NCBI GenBank assembly: GCA_027317865.1
Contig: DAHVQG010000005.1
Location: 136,209-200,208 of the forward strand
DNA length: 64,000 bases
From: Bdellovibrionales bacterium
Lineage (GTDB): Bacteria > Bdellovibrionota > Bdellovibrionia > Bdellovibrionales > UBA1609
Reading direction: 5' to 3'
Of the stretch, positions 58,319 to 64,000 are shown in pieces. Both the position numbers and the translations under genes were made by a program. Within the stretch, counting starts at the first letter, position 1. Every line of letters begins with the position of its first letter. Under the pieces are notes generated by a model. That model ran no database searches, was not told the origin of the DNA, and was given only the letters and a program-made list of their open reading frames with translations.

Positions 58319-59008
58319 TCAGCCGACAATGAAGCGGTATCCGGCTCCTACGACTGTTTCGATTTTGCACTTCGAGTTGCTGATTTTCTTTCGAAGGTGG
58401 GCTACGTGCGTATCAACCGTGCGATCTGTGACGGATACGTCGTATCCCCACACGTCGTTAAGCAGAGTCTCTCGCATAAGGACGTGTTCGGGTGCCTTTG
58501 CAAAATACGTGAGAAGTCGAAACTCAAGGGTTGTGAGATCAAGCGGCTCAGCGGATTTGGACCCGACCAACCGTACTTTTTGTTTTAGCAAGTCAAGTTC
58601 GAGATCGCCCACTTTGATCGTCTCGCTACGGCTCGCGTCTTTCTCAAATTTTCGAAGGCGTGCCGCGACCCGCGCTTTAAGTTCGATTGGATCAAACGGC
58701 TTCGTCACAAAATCTTCGGCGCCAACGGAAAAGGCCATGACTTTGTTCGCCGTGTCCGCGCGCGCACTTAGAATCATAACCGGCGTTGATCGTGTTTCGG
58801 GTTTTCCGGCAAGTTCGGCCAGAAATCTCAAACCATCTCCGTCAGGCAAACCAATATCCAATATGATCATTTGAAAAGGCTGCTTGTTTAAAGCCAGTGC
58901 TGCGTCTCTGAGAGTTGAACAGAAAATCGTATGATATTCTTCAAGGCTTGATTCAAGCAATATCCGGATTTCCGGGCTGTCTTCAATGACAAGAATATCT
59001 TTGGCCAT
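58319..59008 (-). CDS. OmpR/PhoB family response regulator
   Basis: REC (IED, LDIGLPDGDG, KPF) plus winged helix (LT..EF.LL, RTVDTHV..LRKK, ETV.G.GY). Confidence 0.95.
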   Translation of the reverse strand: MAKDILVIEDSPEIRILLESSLEEYHTIFCSTLRDAALALNKQPFQMIILDIGLPDGDGLRFLAELAGKPETRSTPVMILSARADTANKVMAFSVGAEDFVTKPFDPIELKARVAARLRKFEKDASRSETIKVGDLELDLLKQKVRLVGSKSAEPLDLTTLEFRLLTYFAKAPEHVLMRETLLNDVWGYDVSVTDRTVDTHVAHLRKKISNSKCKIETVVGAGYRFIVG

Positions 59009-59031
59009 GACGATCCTATACTACAGCGGAT

Positions 59032-60834
59032 TTAGTTGTACAATGCTTCGATCTCGGCGCAATATTTCTGGTCGCAAACTTTGCGTTTCACCTTTAAGCT
59101 CGGCGTAAGTTCGCCACTATCAATAGTGAACTCGCCCGGTAAAATCGCAAATTTTTTGATCGACTCGTGGCTGGCAAGACGGGAATTTACGTCGGCAACA
59201 GCGTCCTTTATTAAATTATAGATTGCTGAATTTTTCGTCAGATCGCCTTGACTCGCATACTCGATGTTTTCGCTAGCGGCAAATTTTTTGATCGTTGCCC
59301 AATTTAAAGTGATTAGTGCGATTATATATTTCTTTTTGTCGCCGTGAATGAGCACGTTCGAAATGTACGGGTTTGATTTTAATAAATTTTCAAGTTTTTG
59401 CGGGGCAACGTATTTGCCATTTGCCGTTTTAATTAAATCTTTCTTTCGATCTGTAATTCGTAAAAAGCCATCGTCGTCAAGAAAACCAATATCACCAGTT
59501 TTAAAAAAGCCACCGGCAAATACCTCGTTTGTCGCGGCTTCGTTGTTATAATATTCACGCATAACCTTTTTCGATTTAACTAAAATTTCACCGTCTTCGG
59601 CGAATTTTATTGTTACGTCCCCAATGGGGCGGCCGACGGTACCGATTTTATACGCGATTGGGGTATTAAATGCGACCCCCGCGGTCGTTTCAGTTAAGCC
59701 GTAGCCTTCGCAGATAAGAAGCCCGAGTCCGTGAAAAAATCGTGCAATGTCTTCGCTGAGCGGCGCTCCGCCTGAGACGGCAAAACGAAGCCGCCCGCCC
59801 AAGTTTTCTCTGACTTTAGAAAAAACCAATGTGTCGGCAATTTTGTGCTCAAGCAAAAGTGGTAAATTTAGCGGGGATCTATTTTGTTCGGCTTCGCTCA
59901 CTTTTTGGCCAATTGCAAATGCACGGTCGAACACCCGCTTTTTCGTTTTGTTGTTTTCGATTTGCGCAAGAAGGCTTGCATATATTTTCTCAAAAATGCG
60001 CGGAACAGAAATTATAAAAGTCGGTTTTACTTCAATGAGATTAGCGCGAATTTTTTCTATACTTTCAGCAAACGAGAGAAGGTAGCCGGCGTAGACATTA
60101 CCCCAGGCTTCGAGTCGGCCAAGAATGTGGGAGTAAGGTAAAAAACTGAGGCTTACGTCTTCGTGGGTGACGGCGACAATTGAAAACGCGTCCGTCACTT
60201 CACTCATTATTTGTTCGTGGCAAAGTACAACGCCTTTAGGTGAACCCGTTGTGCCGGACGTGTAGACGAGCGTTGCCAAATCGTCGAGCTTAACTTCGCG
60301 CGCGCGGTCGAAATAAGTTCGCGAATCCGCTTTAAGTTGTTCCCGGCCCGTTTCGAGCATTTCAGACCAAACCATATGTGTCGGTGAACTCGCCGCTGAA
60401 GTGTAGCTCTTACTTTCAAAAGTTTTGGCGTCGATTCCGATGAGTAATTTGATATCGGGCAGCGGCCCTTTTAGGCGCCGCCATTTTTCATATTGATTGG
60501 CGTTTTCAACAATGACGGCCGAAGCCCCGGAATTTTTAATTATAAAATCCATGTCGTCATCGGTGTTATTCGGATAGACGGGGACTGTCACAGCGCCGAC
60601 CCCCATAATAGCAAGATCAGCGATAATCCACTCCGGCCGTGTCGACGAAATTATGGCGATGCGGTCCCCGGGCATAATGCCGGACTTGATGAGCGCCGCA
60701 CCAAATGCCTCGATGAGGGCGACGTATTCCCGCCAATTGTAGCGTATCCAGCGGCCCTGATCTTTGAATTGAATAGCCGGAAAATCGGCGTATTTTTCGC
60801 GCCGCTCGAGCAAGTAATTAAATAGAGTCTGCAT
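59032..60834 (-). CDS. Long-chain fatty acid--CoA ligase
   Basis: YTSGTTG.PKG, FLP.SH, SGGAPL, EGYGLTET, TGDIG, DRKKD, ELTP.LK.KR. Confidence 0.93.
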   Translation of the reverse strand: MQTLFNYLLERREKYADFPAIQFKDQGRWIRYNWREYVALIEAFGAALIKSGIMPGDRIAIISSTRPEWIIADLAIMGVGAVTVPVYPNNTDDDMDFIIKNSGASAVIVENANQYEKWRRLKGPLPDIKLLIGIDAKTFESKSYTSAASSPTHMVWSEMLETGREQLKADSRTYFDRAREVKLDDLATLVYTSGTTGSPKGVVLCHEQIMSEVTDAFSIVAVTHEDVSLSFLPYSHILGRLEAWGNVYAGYLLSFAESIEKIRANLIEVKPTFIISVPRIFEKIYASLLAQIENNKTKKRVFDRAFAIGQKVSEAEQNRSPLNLPLLLEHKIADTLVFSKVRENLGGRLRFAVSGGAPLSEDIARFFHGLGLLICEGYGLTETTAGVAFNTPIAYKIGTVGRPIGDVTIKFAEDGEILVKSKKVMREYYNNEAATNEVFAGGFFKTGDIGFLDDDGFLRITDRKKDLIKTANGKYVAPQKLENLLKSNPYISNVLIHGDKKKYIIALITLNWATIKKFAASENIEYASQGDLTKNSAIYNLIKDAVADVNSRLASHESIKKFAILPGEFTIDSGELTPSLKVKRKVCDQKYCAEIEALYN

Positions 60835-60874
60835 GGCCCAGAACGTGCCAGAATTTTTGAAAAAAGAAAAGGTT

Positions 60875-63034
60875 TTACCGACTGGCCGGGCGACGGCCGC
60901 TGTGAAGGCGCAGAATAATCGCTAAATGTTGGTTCTGCTCTAGGCGAACGGTGCGCTCCGCCCAAGAGCCCGTAATGGGGTTGATCGCTCGTATTGTGAC
61001 GGGGGAGTTAGCCGGTATAGCGTAATCGCTCAGCGGCAAATCGCTGTCGCTGAGTCGGCGGCCGTTAATATAAATATGCGTATAAATCGGCGGCCTGACA
61101 TCCACGTCAATGTAACCGATTAACGCTGGTTGAAGTGTGGCGGTAAAAGTCGGGCCAGTCATTTTGAAGTTGAGGTTATACTTGTTGTAATCAAGGTATC
61201 GATCAAGCGACAACCGTATTGAAAAACGTTGATTCGTCGGAACGTTGACCACCCCAGGGGTGGTTTGGCCGGTGTCGGTGCCATTGACATAAATTTCCGC
61301 GCCCGAGGGCACGCTGTTGACGGTCAGCCCCGCCGTCGGTGGAGTTGGCAGAATCGTCGGCTTTTCGGGTGACACAGAAGCCAACCCGACCGCTGTGTCG
61401 AGAGCCGAAGTATTGATGCGAATCGAATTGTTCGGCAGTGAAGCGGGCGTCGGTGAATTTTGCGCCACTCCGAATAAGTTGCGAACGACCGTTTCGACAT
61501 GATTTGTCTGCATCGGAAAATAATTCGCAACGACAACGTAAGTAACAATCATCGCGGCAAGAAAAATCATCACATTTAAAGCTGGATTTGATGACGAGCG
61601 CTTATGCCTTTTGTGTTGTCGTCGCGGTTTATCTGGGCGAAACGGGGCCGGAGTGTCAGATTCAAGAGTCGCGTTTGGCGTTACAAGCGGGCTGTCATTT
61701 GACAAATTCATCGGCATTTTGCCGGTTACAACGATCCGCTGTTGCAAATTCTGCGACAAAAGACTCGCGTTTAGCAAGGGCGCGCCATTTTCCGCAGTTG
61801 GCAGTTCAATCTGCTTTTTCTCGCCTGTGCTCTCCGCAACGGGCGGCTTTGTGACTGTCCCTTCTGGGATGTCTGACTCGCTAAACGTTTCGGTTTCGGT
61901 GACGGAAGGTTCGCCTTCCGCTTTCATTGTTTGAATTGACTGAATGCTTACTCCTGTGCCAGCGCGGATGGAGTTTTTAGAGGTCTTCATCGTCGGCATT
62001 TGCGGAAATGAAGTCACCATCGTTTTTTCGCCTTCGCCTTTGACAACGGCCGGGCGAAACGGGATTTTCGCGTATTCGACTTGCCGGCTACGGAGTTCAA
62101 TAATTTCGTCCGTATAAAGCGTTTTTATAAAAACTGAAAAATCATGCGGTGAAAAGTCAGGGTATTGTCGATTTAAAAACCGGTTGAGATCCCGGTGCAT
62201 TGCCGCAGCCGTTTGGTAGCGCAAGTTACGATCACGCGTCAGCGCCTTCATCACAATTCGTTCTAATTCGGGCGAAACAGTCGGATTAAGTTTCGCAAGA
62301 GAAGGTACATTGCATTCACGAATTTTACGAAGTGTATTGATTTCGTTATTGGCAATAAAAAGTCGGTCGTTGGCGAGAAGCTCCCACAGCACGATGCCGA
62401 GAGAAAAGACGTCGGTTCGTAAATCGGTGGGTTGGCCCTCTGCTTGTTCCGGGCTCATATAGCCAAATTTGCCTTTGAGCGTACCGGAACGGGTTTTTTC
62501 GATTTGACTTTCGGCTTTGGCGATACCGAAGTCGATGATTTTCACTTCCCCTTCGAAACTAATCATTATGTTTTGCGGACTCATGTCACGGTGGATGATA
62601 TTGAGCGGTTTGCCGGTCGCGCTGTTGAGACTGCGGTGCGCGTGATCGAGCCCCGCAGCGACCTCTTTAATCATGTAGACGATTTGATCGAGTGAAAATT
62701 TATGCGAAGAACCTTTCATTTTGTTGAGAATTTGTCGAAGGTTTCGCCCTTCGACAAAATCCATCACCAAAAAAAGTTGGTTCTTTTCTTGGCCGAGTTC
62801 GTATATCGAAACAATATTACCGTGCGACAGATTCATCGCGATTGTCGCCTCGTCTTTGAACATTTGTAAAAACTCAGGATTATCAGAATACTGCGCAAGA
62901 ATCTTTTTGATCGCGACAAATTTGCCGATCCCGCCAGCCCCAGGGGCGCGCGCAAGCCACACCTCGGCCATCCCGCCGGTTGCGAATTTCTCAAGGAGAA
63001 TATATTTGCCAAAATACTCGTATTTTTGCGACAC
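60875..63034 (-). CDS. Membrane Ser/Thr protein kinase with C-terminal PEGA-like domain
   Basis: GGMAEV, VAIK, HRDMSPQN, DFG, YMSPEQ; TM helix; VNSVPSGAEIYVNG...G.TP. Confidence 0.93.
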   Translation of the reverse strand: MSQKYEYFGKYILLEKFATGGMAEVWLARAPGAGGIGKFVAIKKILAQYSDNPEFLQMFKDEATIAMNLSHGNIVSIYELGQEKNQLFLVMDFVEGRNLRQILNKMKGSSHKFSLDQIVYMIKEVAAGLDHAHRSLNSATGKPLNIIHRDMSPQNIMISFEGEVKIIDFGIAKAESQIEKTRSGTLKGKFGYMSPEQAEGQPTDLRTDVFSLGIVLWELLANDRLFIANNEINTLRKIRECNVPSLAKLNPTVSPELERIVMKALTRDRNLRYQTAAAMHRDLNRFLNRQYPDFSPHDFSVFIKTLYTDEIIELRSRQVEYAKIPFRPAVVKGEGEKTMVTSFPQMPTMKTSKNSIRAGTGVSIQSIQTMKAEGEPSVTETETFSESDIPEGTVTKPPVAESTGEKKQIELPTAENGAPLLNASLLSQNLQQRIVVTGKMPMNLSNDSPLVTPNATLESDTPAPFRPDKPRRQHKRHKRSSSNPALNVMIFLAAMIVTYVVVANYFPMQTNHVETVVRNLFGVAQNSPTPASLPNNSIRINTSALDTAVGLASVSPEKPTILPTPPTAGLTVNSVPSGAEIYVNGTDTGQTTPGVVNVPTNQRFSIRLSLDRYLDYNKYNLNFKMTGPTFTATLQPALIGYIDVDVRPPIYTHIYINGRRLSDSDLPLSDYAIPANSPVTIRAINPITGSWAERTVRLEQNQHLAIILRLHSGRRPASR

Positions 63035-63082
63035 TGGAGCCTGAAATCCTCCATCATAGGTATCGGAAAACTGGTGGTTTTA

Positions 63083-63673
63083 ATGAAATGGATTGGCCTG
63101 ACCGGAGGCATTGCGACCGGCAAAAGTACCGTTTCAGCTATTCTTCGCGACCTTGGTCGGTCCGTTATCGACGCCGATGTGCTGGCGCGCGATGTTGTGC
63201 GGCCCGGTTCGCCGGGGCTAGGCGAAATTATCAAGACATTTGGCGGGAATGTTTTAACGCCAAACGGGGAACTTGATCGTAAAAAATTGGGTGAAATCGT
63301 TTTTTCTGATGAGCACAAACGCGAACAGCTTGAGGCGATTTTACATCCATTGATAGAAGAAAAGCGCGCCGAAGCGCGCCGCGCGCTTGAGCGGCAAGGT
63401 TGTGAGCTTGCTTTTTATGACGTACCACTTTTGTTTGAAAAAAATTTGCAAAACGAATTCGACGCAACTGTTTTAGTTTATGCGCCTCGAGACTTGCAAG
63501 CAAAACGACTGCGGGAGCGATCAGGCATGTCAGATGATGAGATTTCTCGCCGTTTGGGAGCGCAGTTGCCGATCGACGAAAAATTGCCGCGGGCAACCCA
63601 TGTTTTGCGAAACGAAGGGTCGCTTGCCGATTTACGCCAGCAAGTGAAAGCATTGGTTGCGAAGTTAGAGTAA
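63083..63673 (+). CDS. coaE: Dephospho-CoA kinase
   Basis: IGLTGGIATGKST, IDAD, LDRKKLG, HPLI, DVPLLFE. Confidence 0.96.
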   Translation: MKWIGLTGGIATGKSTVSAILRDLGRSVIDADVLARDVVRPGSPGLGEIIKTFGGNVLTPNGELDRKKLGEIVFSDEHKREQLEAILHPLIEEKRAEARRALERQGCELAFYDVPLLFEKNLQNEFDATVLVYAPRDLQAKRLRERSGMSDDEISRRLGAQLPIDEKLPRATHVLRNEGSLADLRQQVKALVAKLE

Positions 63674-63763
63674 TTTCGTAATTTGTGCGCGATTTTATTA
63701 TGCGAACCCCTCTGTCAGCGTTGCTCGTTTATTTCGCGGTTTAGTTAAACTCATCGGCGCAGT

Positions 63764-64000
63764 TTAGTTAAACCCGCCGTGTGTGCCGGTGAATTGGTGT
63801 TTGTAGCGGTATTCAAAGGCACGTATCGTCGGCCCGCAGTTATAGAGCATGTGTTTTAGACACGCTTCATAGTAGCCTTTATCGATGTCGGCAAAGATAT
63901 CGTCACCCACCGGGTTAATGTCTCCGGTTAAAGAGGCCGGAGTTCGCTTTACTGTGATTGTGTTTTTTGCGTACTTGCCGCCTGGTAAGTAGTTCGCAAG
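63764..64000 (-). CDS. 3' end of a hypothetical protein, 5'-truncated by window edge (absent from the ORF track)
   Basis: 78 open codons from the window end (LANYLPGG...KRTPAS...DIFADIDKGY...GGFN) ending in TAA at 63764. Confidence 0.6.
   Translation of the reverse strand, partial: LANYLPGGKYAKNTITVKRTPASLTGDINPVGDDIFADIDKGYYEACLKHMLYNCGPTIRAFEYRYKHQFTGTHGGFN

Noticed and set aside
60835-60851. TGGCACG-N4-GGGC sigma-54-like motif before the acyl-CoA ligase
   Set aside because: The GC lies 1 nt from the ATG, so transcription would start inside the gene, and the TT of TTGC is missing.
63681-63708. dif-like site (minus strand GGTTCGCATAA-TAAAAT-CGCGCACAAAT)
   Set aside because: The left arm resembles a XerC arm, but the normally better-conserved XerD arm (TTATGTTAAAT) matches only in its last four bases.
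1-64000. Mobile elements, prophage, defence islands, rRNA or tRNA genes
   Set aside because: No transposase, integrase, phage structural or nuclease-defence motifs were recognised, and no cloverleaf or rRNA-like segments were seen in the short intergenic gaps (by eye only).

Overview
A 64-kb, mostly housekeeping chromosomal segment. The gene set and protein style (PEGA Ser/Thr kinase, RxPAS motifs, many unknown lipoproteins, G-run ribosome-binding sites) suggest a Bdellovibrionota-like predatory bacterium; this is inference, not a database result. It contains hldD, a peroxiredoxin / circularly permuted ATP-grasp / SelO-like cluster, xth, dksA, speB and speA flanking a peptide ABC operon, leuS, a REC-GGDEF cyclase, trmB, trxB, PDH E1, the distal half of the dcw cluster (ftsW to ftsZ), lpxH, recN, nadK, an M3 peptidase, a hybrid histidine kinase, an OmpR regulator, an acyl-CoA ligase and coaE. 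I saw no rRNA, tRNA, transposase, integrase or CRISPR array. The best candidate for a new system is a 1095-aa protein (55021-58308) that joins an export signal peptide, two Clp-D2-type AAA+ modules and an FtsH/M41 zinc protease domain, and sits between a hybrid kinase and a response regulator. Other highlights: an unannotated structured RNA candidate with its own minus-strand terminator (about 52166-52400); a 3x25-bp tandem hairpin repeat (8886-8960); a sigma-54 promoter whose predicted start site would remove an RBS-blocking hairpin; and acid-adaptation-like substitutions in exported proteins. All assignments come from motif recognition only.
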